The notes under the pieces were generated by a model, which was given only the letters and a program-made list of their open reading frames with translations, searched no databases and was not told the origin of the DNA. A stretch of 64,000 nt of DNA from Epiperipatus broadwayi (Eukaryota; Animalia; Onychophora), in the NCBI GenBank assembly GCA_028023455.1, contig JAQFVV010000002.1, forward strand, positions 8,804,001 through 8,868,000, written 5' to 3'. Shown here in pieces: positions 50,295 to 64,000 of this stretch. Position numbers and translations under genes: made by a program. How positions within the stretch are numbered: position 1 is the stretch's first letter; every line of letters begins with the position of its first letter.

Positions 50295-53144
50295 TGTATG
50301 AAACGAATACATACATGTATTTTTTTAAACATTTATAGTTTCTGAAAATCAAAACCTTTATAACTTTTTGCAATAATGTATTGAATATTGGTATTAAATG
50401 TACCATATTATTAAAAACATTATCTAAATTTTTATAATATTCTTTTCTTAAAATATTTCTTCAATTTAGTGTAAAATTGAACATACTTGTAGATGATTTT
50501 TTAGAAAATGATATGACAGCATTTTTCAATGTTAATTTCCACATAGTTTTTTACACACCAATCTTGAAATTTTTTGATATCAGATTATAAAATTTTCTGA
50601 TTATCAAAATTATTAATAGTTTTTTACAATTTAATATCATCTGCAGTACAAAGAATATTTGAACCAACTACACATTGCTCTATATCCAAACAATAAATTA
50701 AAAAGAATAGTGACCCATGTATATTTCTTTGAGGCACTCCAACATAACTAAAATATGTATATGATCTTTTAGACTCAAAAGAAACAAAATTAGGTCTGTA
50801 TGAGACAAAAGATACAAACCACTGCAGAAATTCATAACTAAAACCAACAATATGCAACTTACCAATCAACTTGGAGTGATCTATTCTGTCAAATGCTTTG
50901 CTCAAATCAAAATAATTTACATCTAGTTGTAACCTGTTATCAATTGAATTTGCAATAGCATCTTGAATATGTATCAAATTAGTCTCAACAAATCTACCTG
51001 GTATAAAACCATGTTGTGTTTTAGATAATGATCTATTTACTTTATTTATTATCTTATTATACACACATTTTTCAAAGATATATCCAGCCATATGTAATAA
51101 TGAAATATATCTGCAATTACCAACATCATTTGATTTAAATTTAAATATTAGCATAACTTTTGCAACTTTCCATGAAAAATACTCTGCTGTAAAGAAATAT
51201 TAAAGATACAACAAAGCACTGGAACTATCAGTTCAGTACATCCTTTGTAAATGAAAACAGGTAACATATTATACTTAAAACTTGAACTGTTTTATCACTA
51301 ATAAATGTCATCATAATTTCATGAGTCACTACTTATAGATAGCACATTCTTTCTTGTACATGATAAGTAGTTGGCAAAATCACTTGTAATATTCCCATCA
51401 GTTGACATTTTATTTTTTACACCAGAATGCTTTTTAATGAATGACCAAAAATAATTGGAATTGCAGTTTATATTGTTTTCTATTTTTTCAATATATCTTC
51501 TGAAATGAATTTTTTATATGATTGTAAATAAAAAAAATTATAAAGTTATAACATATTATTGATCCTGATTTCTTAAACAACTTATGATGCCCAAGTTTCC
51601 TTTTATAAATACAAATCAATTACTTAGAGAACCAAGGAGGATATTTTTTATATCAGCAGTTCCCAACCTGTAGTATATGTTCTCCTGGTGATGTATGGGA
51701 GACCAGGTCAGGGCATGAAAAGTATTATTTGTAATGGCAGAAAGCAATGAGGTGTTAAAATTAAAAAAATAAAAACAATGTTATAATTTAGGTTTACAAA
51801 TAAAACTGTAAGCACTGATAAACCATATCTGAATGTCTCATCTTCATATAAGAAAATAGGCATGGTTTTGAGAACTCTCATTTTAAAAATTGTTATTAAA
51901 ATTTTTTAATGTAAATTAAAATTGAAACTCTTCAATATGGTGTAAATATTCATATACAATACAAACCTATTAACTTTATATTTAATTCATTCTTTCATAT
52001 TTTTTCTTTGTAAAAACAAAAACAAAATATTACAAAATTTGAATGTATTGATTGTTATAAAAACAATTTATATTAATTTACAATTATTCAATCACACAAA
52101 ACTATAAGGATCAAAGCTGTGATCAAATTATTAGGAGCATCTTTACAACTAATTTATAAAAACAAATCAATGGGAAGAATAATAAGAATGGATAAAAGAC
52201 AAAAATAATAGACTCATTGTATGTATGTATTTTACCACTTACTGTTTTTCCTCATTAAATATGTGCTTGCTTGTGTGTATATGATGTTCGATAAAAATTA
52301 TAATAAATATTAAAAGAAAAAGAAATATTATGTGGTGTAAAATTTTTGCATAGTGAAGTCTAAAGTAGCTTTTATACTTTCAATTTTTTTTAAATTATGT
52401 GATATAATTATTTGAAAGCTTAAAAGCTCTGCAATTTTACATTTTCAAATTATTTAACAAGCATTAGTATACTGTTGATTATTATTGTGTCAACCTGTCA
52501 CAGAAATATAATAAAAACTTAATGCAATAATTTTTGTTGGCATGGCATTATGTGAAGAGGATAAAATTAAAACTAAAAAAAAAAAAACAAATAAATGGTC
52601 TAAAAATTTTGTAAAAATAAATATTTTTTTAATTATAAAATAATGAATTTCAATAACACTATATATTTTGACTGAAACCAAATTTCCTCAATCCCTCAAC
52701 TAGTTTTTCTTCAACCTCTCTTTTTTTAGCTAATTTCTTTCAAATAAATTTTAGTACTTTGGAAAACTTCCAAACAATAACTAATGAGCTACTATTCATT
52801 AATTTATGATTTTTCAAGTCTGGAACCTCTATTTTAATTTCCAAATTGTCATCATGCCAATTTTTAACATACATTATTGACTTTTTCATTTCCAGAGGAC
52901 AATTTTGCTTAATTTTTCTCTTGTATATGGAAATTATAATATACGTAAACTTATAAATAAATATTTATACTTGATGGCACAATATATATTATAATAATCA
53001 CCAAGTTTATAATTTCTATTTGAAGTTATTATATCTTTATTTATTAGTATGTATTTGATATAAACAAAAAATCAATTGCTAGATGATGGAAGTCTTCCTT
53101 CAATAATGGATATAGACTATCTTTCACATTTACATCATTAAGGT

Positions 53145-53373
53145 TAAACTATAATATTTAAACAGCATTAAACTGTTGCACATGCTATTTAGATTTTAAA
53201 TATAAAATGAATGAATACTAACACTTCAACAACCACATGATAAAGTCTTTGGAAAAGATAGATTTCCAAAGACTTTATCATGTGGTTGTTGAAGTGTTAG
53301 TATTCATTCATTTTATATTTAAAATCTAAAGCGCATGTGCAACAGTTTAATGCTGTTTAAACACTATAGTTTA
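53145..53373. repeat. Near-perfect hairpin (~111-bp arms, 7-nt loop) inserted in LINE copy A
   Basis: Arms 53145-53255 and 53263-53373. The insert is flanked by ATTAAGGTTA (53137-53146) and ATTAAAGTTA (53409-53418). Copies B and C show the empty site. Confidence 0.88.
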
Positions 53374-54879
53374 TAAAAAAACATCGCGCTATATAAAATA
53401 ACTGAATTATTAAAGTTAATTAAAATAAAATCTAGAATATATATATATTTTATTATGTTTTAATACACCAGTTATATTCATAAATTGTATAATTCTTGTC
53501 CTATATTAATTTCATTATTGCTTAACTCAGTTGTATCAGCTGCTGTCATTACATAACATACATTAAAACCATCACAAATAAAAATATTGTGTTTATAACT
53601 AAGTAAATATTTTTCCAATTGCTTCAAATCATTATTTAGTTCAATTACATTAATAAAGAAGGAATATATATATAATACTAACCAAAAACAATTCACATTC
53701 AAATGTCATTTCAATTCAAATACAATCAACAAAATTCAGTTCTCTATTTTCTTGTTTTGTTATAATGTTGTTTTTAACAACCAATAAAGCATCTCCATAA
53801 CTTGAAAGTGTAGCATGTACATGATGATGCCTATACAATAAATACATATGATCTAAATCTGATAATTAATAAATTGATCATTCAACCATGTTTCTGTCAA
53901 GGCTGTTAAATCATACTCTTCTGCAAAAATAGCTTGTTTCAATAACTGCCATTTAGTTATTATCCCTCTAACATTTTGCATATAGCAACAGAAAATGTTA
54001 TTTTTATTAACTAACTTTTTATTACCATTTTTATGTGAAGAATTTTTATAAATGCAATAATCTGTTATGCATTACTAATATTATCCTCAACTATCTGATC
54101 CTTTATTTGTTATTTAACAATTAAATCTTTGTTTAATTTTCCCTAAAATGGATAATATAAATGTCTGCAGCCCAAAAACTTGAATTAATTATTTCATTCA
54201 TGTCATTTTCTTTAACAGAAATATAAAGTGAGAAATAAAATTTATTTGCAGATATAAACTTATGACATACCACAGTTAAATCTAGCTTTTTTGTTGTATA
54301 AGAAATCATATCATTTGATGTAATTTCTGGATTTAACTTTGTCAAAAAGAATCTTTTATATTTTTGTTTAACAGTAATAGCTTTTAATTGTGTGTCTGTA
54401 AGATTTTTTATAGTATTTTTGCTAAATGTATTAGATTTTACATTTCTTAAGTTTTACCAACTTAAATCCTTCTAAATCAATATCTTTTGTTAAATAATGA
54501 CCATTGCTTTTAACTTGATTATTTTTAAAATATTCTGCTTTAATATTTTTATTCTCTATAGTTAGCCCTTCAGATAAAACTTTACTCCACTTCTTAATAC
54601 CATTATTAGAAATAATATTTCCTTTTTCAAAATGAGATTGTTGATAAGATAAACTTTCAGTAATTAGTTTCTTTAGAAGCTACAGTTTTATTAAAAATTG
54701 TTCCTTTATTTAATTCAGTTTGTAAAGTCAAATTTTTCCTAATTTTTACCTTTTTAATCTATTCACTTTTCAGACTTTCATTAACAAGTTCTATTTCAGA
54801 TGTAAAAATAAAAATTTGAGTTTGACTTCCTTTGTTTTCAAAATAAGAATAATAATTAATGATGATGCTGATAATAATA

Positions 54880-57100
54880 ATAATTAATACATTTAACAGA
54901 TTTTACATCCAAACAAAATTACACAGCTAATCTAGATCATAAAACAATTTGCAGAGTTTTTTGTATAATAATCCTAAATGTTCTATTATTTGTTTCAAAT
55001 ATATATTAACAGCACTAAACTATTTATTATACAATCTAGATAATTTTACTAATGTCGAATTTTTTAAAAAATGTTTCACTTTTAAACTTTGGAATGTTAT
55101 ACAAATTTTTAAATCATGTATCCTTTATCTTTATCTTAAATGATAATATTGTTTGGTAACTTCTTACATTTATTATATATACCTGATGCAATTTTTTTAA
55201 GCACTTCAAAGCAGTATATTTTTTTTTTATAGAGTGCATTGTCATCATATATTATTTTATATTTAATATATCTTAGAAAATTTGTAATAACTTTTTCCAG
55301 TGCTAATCTATTACTTAATTTACAAGAGTTTCAAATCACAGATTCATAATTTAAAATAGATAAAACCAATGTATGATACAAATACTCACATATATTTCTT
55401 TAAACATTTTACAATTTCTAAGAATCAAACCCATTATTTTATAACTTTTTGCAATAATACATTAAATATTGTTATTAAATGTTCCATTATTATTAAAAAA
55501 TAATACCTACATATTTATTTTATTCTTTTCTTGAAATACTTTGTGAATTTAGTGTATAGTCAAATGTACTTGTAGATGATTTTTTAGAAAATGATATGAC
55601 ACAACATTTTGCAATGTTAATTTTCATACAATTTCTTCCACAGCAATCTTGAAACCTTTTGATATCAGATTGTAAAATTTTCTGACCATCAAAATTAATA
55701 GTTTATACAGTTTAATATTATCTACAAAACAAAGAATTTTAGAAACAACTACACACTACTCTATATCCAAACGATAAACTGAAAAGAGTAATGGTCCAAG
55801 TATAATTTCTTGAGACAATTCAGAATTACTAAAATATGTATATGATCTTTTAGCCCTAAAAAAAACAAAATTAGATTCATTTGAGACAAAAGATATAAAC
55901 CATTGCAGAATTTCACAACTAAAACCAACAATATGCAACTTATCAATCAACTTAGAATGATCTATTTTGTCAAATGCTTTGCTTAAATCAAAATAAATTC
56001 CATCTAGTTGCAACTTGTTATCAATTGCATTTGTAATAGCATCTTGAATATGTATCAAATTAGTCTCAACAGATCTACCTGGTATAAAACCATGTTGTGT
56101 TTTAGATAATGATCTAGTTACTTTATTATCTTACTTTACACACATTTTTCAAAGATTTTTTCAGCTATACGTAATAATGAAATAGTCTATAATTGCCAAC
56201 ATCATTTGATTTGAATTTAGACATTAATATAACTTTTGTAACTTTCCATGAATCAGGTAAAATTCTCTGTTGTAAAAAAATATTAAAGATACAACAAAGC
56301 ACTTCAGCACATACTTTGTAAATGAAAACAGGTAACATATCATATCCAAAACTTTTTCTACTTTTGAGCAGTTTTATTGCTAATAAAATATCATAATTTC
56401 ACAAGTCACCTATCAAATTGTTAGTTTTAAAAACAGTAGTTGTGTAAGATTTAGATAGCATATTCTTTCTTATACATGATGAGAAGTAGTTGGAAAAATC
56501 ATTAGCTGTAAGATTCCCATTGTCAATTGACATTTTATTTTACCAGAATGTTTTTTAATGAATGACCAGAAGTAATTTGAATTGCAATTTATGTTGTCCT
56601 CTAGTTTCTCAATATATCTTTTGAAATAAATTTTTTCTATGATTTTAAATAATCTTCCAAAATTTATAAACTTATTATAACATATTATTGATCTTGATTT
56701 CTTAAACAACTTATGATGTCTAAGTTTCTTATTGTCAATGCAAATAAATTTTTTAGAGAACCAAGGAGGATATTTTTTAAATGATTCATAGCATAATGAT
56801 ATTCTATTATTTAAAATTTTTTGCATAATTTTTTGAAACAGATCTACTGCCTCATTTACATTTGTGGAGCAATATATTTGATCTCAATTAGCATGCTTGA
56901 TACCATAATATAAATTATAATAATCACCAAGTTTATAATTTCTATTAGAACATATATCTTTATTTATTTATAAGTATTTGATATAAACAAAAAACTTTAT
57001 TGCTGGGTGATGAGTCTTCTTTCAATAATGGCTCTATACTATGTTTCACATTTACATCATTAAAGTTAATTAAAATAAAATTTTGAACATCCATTATTAT
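54880..57100 (-). pseudogene. Jockey/CR1-like LINE copy B (5'-truncated)
   Basis: ORF 55756-56058 contains FDLSKAFDKIDH and ILGPLLF; colinear with copy A. Confidence 0.8.
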
Positions 57101-57126
57101 TATTATATTAATAACAATAATAATAA

Positions 57127-57619
57127 TTGATAAACAGAGCAAAACTCTCCATACAGTATTGCCACCTGTGCTAAACAGAGTAATCAATGGATGCCAGAAG
57201 GCTTGTGCATAAAATCCCTATCTAATGCCTACTCATCCAATATCCCCAGACTAGTTTCTGGCTTGTGGCCTTCGTCAGTGAGGAGCTTTGGATCTGAGAG
57301 CACTGCATCTAGATCTTTAAGCTATTGAGCTTAGATTGAAAATATTTTTTGTGTTTTCAATTTCATTCTCATAGTTTAGTAGTTAAGTAGAGATAAAAGG
57401 TGGTTGCTAGAGGGTTGCATTAGATCCTAAGATCTAGATGCAGTGCTCTCAGATCCAAAGCTCCTCACTGACGAAGGCCACAAGCCAGAAACTAGTCTGG
57501 GGATATTGGATGAGTAGGCATTAGATAGGGATTTTATGCACAAGCCTTCTGGCATCCATTGATTACTCTGTTTAGCACAGGTGGCAATACTGTATGGAGA
57601 GTTTTGCTCTGTTTATCAA
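57127..57619. repeat. Apparently perfect 191-bp inverted repeat with 111-bp spacer; each arm carries a hammerhead-like motif
   Basis: 57127-57317 is the reverse complement of 57429-57619, with no mismatch seen by eye. Confidence 0.95.
57462..57503 (+). ncRNA. Minimal Penelope-type type I hammerhead (mirror copy on - strand at 57243-57284)
   Basis: TCCTCA-CTGACGA-A-GGC-CACAA-GCC-A-GAAA-CTAG-T-C-TGGGGA: 6-bp stem I, palindromic ACTAGT stem III and GTC site (C57497). The A.A juxtaposition at the base of stem II is non-canonical. Confidence 0.7.
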
Positions 57620-58164
57620 CAATTAATGTGCTAGTATAGGAAATGTGATCATGTGAATAATAATAATTATTCAATTTAATTCACCTTATTTACCATACAA
57701 AACTACACCATTAAGCCAATTACAGAATTACACTATAATTAATATATAATAATATAAATATGCAAGTATAAATATCAAATTATGAATATATCTTCATGTC
57801 ATATTTTTTATAAGAATAGTAACAAATTTTTTTTGAATCTAATACAAAAACGTTTTTATTAATAAAATTTTGATTATAAGTGTTAGGCAATGAAATAATG
57901 GTGAAGATTTTAATGTGTTGGAGTGACAAACCTTAATGTAAAATAAATTAGATGAGTGTGTGTTTTATGTAAACAATTATTATTTGTAATATGTGAGATT
58001 TTGTTTGTTGAAATAATTTTTTGAGTGATAAGGTTATATAAACATTTAAGATTTCTAATCTTTCTTTTAATAATTATGATAGGGATATATAATGATTATT
58101 TCATTTAATATATTTATCAAATTTATTATAGATTAATTGAATTCTGATGATGATAAAAACAATA

Positions 58165-60050
58165 ATAATTTAATTTAATTTAGTACATTTAACAGATTTT
58201 ACATCCATACAAAAATGCACAGTTCATAAAACATTCGCAGAGTTTTTTGTAAAGTAGTTCTAAATGTTCTATTATTTGTTTCAAATATATTAACAGCACT
58301 AAAGATTATATTATACAATCTAGGGTAATCTACTAATGATGATTTTTTTAATGTTTCACTTTTAAACTTTGGAATGTTATACATATTTTGTAATCTCATA
58401 TCCTTATCTTCATTTTAAATGATAATGTTATTTGGCAACTTCTTACATCTATTATACCTGATATATATTTTTTTAAGTATTTCACATCAGTATAGATTTG
58501 TTTTTATAGAGTGCATTGTCATCATATATTATTTCATATTTAATATATCTTAGAAATTTTTTATAAACTTTTTCCAGTGCTAATCTATTACTTAATTTAC
58601 AAGAGTTCCAGATCACAGATCCATAATTTTAAATAGGTAAAACCAATATATGAAACAAATACACACATGTATTTTTCTTAAACTATTTTACAGTTTTTGA
58701 GAATCAAACCCATTACTTAAATTTTTGCAATAATATATTGATTATTGTCATTAAATGTTCCATTATTATTAAAAATAATACCTAAATCTTTAGATATTCT
58801 TTTCTTGAAATACTTTTTGAATTTAGTATATAATTGAATATACTTGTAGATGATTTTTTAGAAAACAATATGACCCAACATTTTTCAATGTTAATTTTCA
58901 GCAAATAATATTAGAATGAACTATATACTGATCTATATCCAAACAATAAACTGGAAAAAGTAGTGGTCCATATATACTTCCTTGAGGCATGATATTGTTG
59001 AACCAAAGAAATAAAATTAGGTCTATTTGAAACAAAAAATACACACCATTGCAGAAGTTCATAACTAAACCAATAATATGCAACTTACCAATATCAACCT
59101 AGAGTGATCTCCTCAGTCAAATGTTTTGCTTAAATCAAACTAAATAGCTGCAATCTGTTAACAATTGCATTTGCAATAGCATCTTGAATATGTATCAAAT
59201 TAGTCTCAACAGATACCTACCTGGTATAAAAATGATGTTCTGTTTTAAGTAATGATCTAATTACCTTTTCTATAATTAGTTTTAAATACAGTAGTTGTGT
59301 AAGATTTAAATACGACATATTTTCTTGTACAGAATGAGAAGTAGTGTGAAAAATCAACAGCTGTAAGATTCCCATTGCCAATTGTGTTATTTTTACACCA
59401 GAATGCTTTTTAATGAATGAACAAAAGTAATTTGAATTGCAATTTATGTTGTTCTCTAGTTTCTTAATAAAATCAATTTTTTCTATGTTTTAAATAATCT
59501 TCTAAAATTTATAAAGTTATTATATCATTGATCCTGATTTCTTAAACAACTTATGATGTGTAAGTTTCTTTTTGTAAATATAAATAATTTTTTTACAGAA
59601 ACAAGGAGGATATTTTTTAGATGATTCCTAGCATAATAGTATTCTAGTATTTAAAATTTTTTGCATAATTTTTTGAAACAGATCTACTGCCTTATTTACA
59701 TTTGTGGCACAATATATTTAATCCCAATTAGTATAATTGATGTCATAATATAAATTATAAGTCACCAAGTTTATAATTTCTATTTGAAATTATCATATCC
59801 TTATTTATTGATAAGTGTTTGATTTGATATAAATAAAAAACTCAATTGCTGGATGATGAGAGTCTTCCTTCAATAATGGCTGAAGACTATGTTTCACATT
59901 TACATCATTAAAGTTAATTAAACTAAAATCTAAATTCATCTGTTATTATTTTTTAACTGATTTTTTTTATTATACCACTTATATTCATGAATTCTATAAT
60001 TTTTTGTCCTCTATTGCATAATTCAGTTGTTGCATCTGCTGTAATTTTAG
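58165..60050 (-). pseudogene. Jockey/CR1-like LINE copy C (5'-truncated, internal deletions)
   Basis: Same 3' end and colinear blocks as copies A and B; MPQGSIYGPLLF in ORF 58898-59083. Confidence 0.8.
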
Positions 60051-61403
60051 CAATGATATTTCCAGTCCATTAATGAATAAGGCAATTTGAAGTTTCAGGA
60101 CAATCAATGCAAATAATATTTAAAACCTGGATTAAAAATACAAGATTGTAATCCCCCCCCCCTATGGTGTGGATGCTTGACATGCTGACACCAATTTGTC
60201 AAAAATTATTATTACCATGCCACAAGGGATATTTTGCATCACTGGCATTTTTCTTTCAAATCCATCATTATATCAGCCACAAAGTCTAACTGTTCTTTAT
60301 ATCACTTTCATCCCACTGTCTGCAACCTCAACCAGCTCAAGTATCACTTTAAAGCCACATCAGGGTGAACTCTGGAATAAATAGTGCACCACTTGTGAGT
60401 AACACAATATACCCACTTCATCAACTCACTGATCCAAAGTAGTTTATAAGATCACTCCACCAATTTATCTCAAATGAACTTTAAATGAACAACACATAAA
60501 CAATAAAACAGCCTTGACACTTACAGTGCTCACAAATTAATAAGCACAATTTATGTACATTCAAATATCAATGGAACACTATTTCCACTCTTCCCTAAAT
60601 GTATTAACAAATATCACCATGTGCTTTCTTGTATTTATCTCATCATGCATTTGTAAAATTTATGTAAACCCAATTTGAAATATTATCTTGTTATGCAATA
60701 ATATTATTCTTTCAACTACTGTAAATCATCTTTTTTTATCATAAGAAAAATTGTAATCCCTCATTGCAGATGTAATCTCATGTATCAAATTGTATCTAAA
60801 AACTTGTTTTTCACATGCAACTTATGTAATACATGAACAATAAGACCATCATAGAAAGTATATTCCTTCCAAACAATTAGATTCAATTTATATACAATCA
60901 TATATTAATCTAATGCCAACTCCAACCCCACATACCATATATGTTTTTCCTCGTACTAGTATGTGCTTCCATATATTTTTCTCAAGATCCCATTTAAAAA
61001 TTCTAACTAAACCTAATTTTACATATGTATCTTATTATGTAATGATGATTCTTTTTTTAATTACTGAAAATTCATGTTTTTTTTTCATATTACATGCAAA
61101 TTGTAAACCTTTATTGCATATGATAATATCATGTATTTAAAACCTTGTGCTTTCATAAGTAACTCGTGTAATGTTGTTTGAGTCTTAAAAAATTTTATAT
61201 TTGAAACATAATAATAATAATAAAATTATAATAATAGATCCAGACCTAGTTGAACAGTAAGTAGCTTAAAAGATACTATCTTATCTTAAACTCATTAAAG
61301 TTTGAAATGACAAAGTAAAATCTACACTCTAATGAATTTAAAACAAAACTAATCAGTCATCATTTAAAATTAATAACTTGATCAATAATAAAAACAAAGG
61401 AAA

Positions 61404-64000
61404 ATGGCAACCAGCCAATTATTTGATTCAGTGATTGGCACTAATATTAACGATTTGATTATGCTAAGTTCAAAATCCATCACAACTTATGCAGAAATGA
61501 TTAGTAATCAACAAAAAAATCAGCAACAAAGTGAAAATGACAAAATTAATAATTTTTCAGCCTCTGTAACTTATACAAAATTTAGAAGGAAAAATGCAGA
61601 TGATATTAAAAGATTAAATTTCACTACAACCCAAAAAAATCATATCCCCTCCCCCCTAATAACCGGAATAGTAAATGCTTGAAGTTGCTAATGAAGAATT
61701 TAGTAATTTGATACCTGTGGGCTTATTCACATCATTTAAAAGAGTTTAATACCCAGGTCAATTGAGATATCTGCTACTGATAAGAATATATATTTGTATC
61801 ACTTCCCACATCAGCACAGGCTCTGAGATTCCATACAAAGTTTTACTGAGCACCCAAATCCTAGGTACCTGACAATTCAATTATTTGAAAGCTTGAAAAA
61901 GCATATATTTCAAATGCAGGTAAAAATATTGGATGGAATTTGCACTGATAACTTCCAAAAAATAACCACATCTACATAAAGAACACACCAATACCAGTAA
62001 CAACTGGTAGTTTTGAATTTAGGCTGCAGCTTCAGCAGAACATTGATCTTAACAATATTCCTACACAGTTTCTTAAATCAAGAAGCAACACTGTGTTTAT
62101 ATATTCAAAGCTTGAAACCACAATGTTATACCTGCAGTAATCAAGGATATCTTGCCAGCCAATGCTTACAAACAAAAAATTTAACAACAAACATATCTGA
62201 TAAGCAATTAGACCTGTACAATCAACACTTGAATGTTGGACTTAACAGCAGTACCAACTATCAAAATCAACTGCCTCATATAACAATGATTATTCAATAT
62301 ACTTTTCTAATGATTCAAACAATGATTTTTCAAAACAAGCTGGAATGTAAAAAAAAATTTTCAACACATTGTCAACAAAACTCGTTACAAATAATGTGAA
62401 TATTTACTACTAGTTCTCCCACCAGTGAGCAGCACCCCCACTATCATCACTGAGAATAAAAGAAAAGCAGATCAATCTAAGAATAAAGAAATCAAATAAT
62501 CAAGGACAATTGATACTCAAAATATCAACATAAACAATCACTCAGATTTGTTTGATCAAATATCCATGGAAACCAATCACTTTTTAGAAAATCACTTACA
62601 GCAATACACAATTGATACAATATACAATGCATTAACCAAAACTTAACACCAATTCTAATTGGAAAACAACTAAAATTAATATCCCTTATTAATCATTCAC
62701 CGGTTTGGAAACACTAATTCACATGAATGTATATAGCAAATAAATCTCTCCCTAATAATCTAAATGAAGATTAAAATTACTTCATTAAATATTAGAAGAA
62801 CCAACTCCATTGCAAAGTTATACCAGTTAAATCAGTGGACAGACATTATTCAGCCACCTGTTCTTGGACTGCTAGAAATTTAAATCTATAATGGCTCAAA
62901 AATTAATCCATCACAATATCTAAATAAACAAGGCTTCTGTCCATGCTTCAGAGACATACTCATCACCATCAGCTGAAACTGAGTTAATTATAGCCACAGC
63001 ATGCCCCTTCACAATATTTAAAATTTTTACATTGATTCTCATTTATTAATTACATCATTTTACTATTGTGTCATAGCAATCAATGCCATATTTGTATATA
63101 TTCCCCCTCAATCCAATAACTATAGCCTGTATTCTACTCACCCCATTGCATTAATGGGTGACTTTAACCTTCAGTATTCTGAATTTACATCAAAATGGTC
63201 TCACTAGCTTGCCACACTTCTCATGAGTTCACAAGGTTTTCTATCCAATAATGCAGTTACATTTCATAACAAATGATATGTCACCCTCATTGATTTGTGC
63301 TTGTTTTCACTAATGTTGCACAATCTAATTGACACTAAAATTAATCCTGCTTGGATCTCTAATCTCTCTTCATAAACCACAATTTACTTAAATTACCTAT
63401 TCATCACCAATATACAACTTGAAAAAACTACATGAATTGGTCTTCCACCAACCACTACTGCATCTTTCTTTCAGACATATATATATATAATATATAATGC
63501 TACATAAATTGGAAGGATTAACCATTGATCCAATTCAAAATCAAAACTATCTCTGCATTTATAAACATAATTTTCTTTAACATTCACCACATTGCACGAC
63601 AATCCACTCCTCCCTCTTGCATTTTTCCAATGGCTGATGAGATCTACAAGCTAACAGCCATGAAAAATACTACCCATCATACTTATCAGCAGATATATCA
63701 AGCTTATACAAAAATACAATAAAATGTGTCAACAACTTAAAGAGTATCTTGCAATCAAAAAAGCAAAAATATGCAAATCAAAAAACACACTTGGACTCTG
63801 GGATATGTTAGATAGGCACTAGGCCATTCTTCCAAGATGAGGGTCCCAATGGTATTGCAGATTGAAGAGGCCACATATACCATGATCCATCCTATTTGCC
63901 AACATTCCCAGAAAAACCGACAAACACATCCTCCTTTCAAACCAACCTAAGACTATTTTGGGCCTCCAGAATGCAAGAACCACTCTGCATTGATCAGTTT
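61404..64000 (+). pseudogene. Decayed LINE (ORF1 with zinc knuckle plus APE of ORF2), continuing beyond the window
   Basis: KPQCYTCSNQGYLASQC knuckle (~62115-62165); SLNIRR near 62783; IPP near 63100; LMGDFN near 63152; LIDLC near 63287. Confidence 0.6.

Larger units (their letters stand above)
49745..54850 (-). pseudogene. Jockey/CR1-like LINE copy A (ORF1 end plus ORF2), with nested insertions
   Basis: ORF 50624-51154 contains QHGFIPG, FDLSKAFDRIDH, GVPQ and ADDIKL. ORF 54133-54345 (KLNPEITSND...SFWAAD) resembles LINE ORF1 C-termini. The 3' end GTACATTTAATAGATTTTACATCC is shared with copies B and C. Confidence 0.8.

Noticed and set aside
51653-51880. hAT/Charlie-like terminus CAGCAGTTCCCAACCTG
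   Set aside because: The matching right TIR is too degenerate and no TSD could be identified.

Overview
AT-rich eukaryotic (probably invertebrate animal) repeat-dense DNA with no host gene I can support. It opens with at least 8.3 near-identical 435-bp tandem units (1-~3604). Each unit carries a complete type I hammerhead ribozyme on the + strand, so the array looks like a retrozyme or ribozyme satellite. The only intact long ORF belongs to a full-length RTE-clade LINE (13074-16362, - strand, 11-bp TSD, 985-aa APE+RT). Its 5' end folds by eye into an HDV/CPEB3-like ribozyme whose G1 is exactly the first base of the element. The rest is decayed LINEs (Jockey/CR1-like, L1/Tx1-like, RTE-like), a Merlin/IS1595-like transposase relic, a TIR element with an 8-bp TSD, a Penelope-like fold-back, several long hairpins, a 76-bp retroposed mini-element and further hammerhead relics. 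All folds and family assignments were made by eye, without alignment or folding software.
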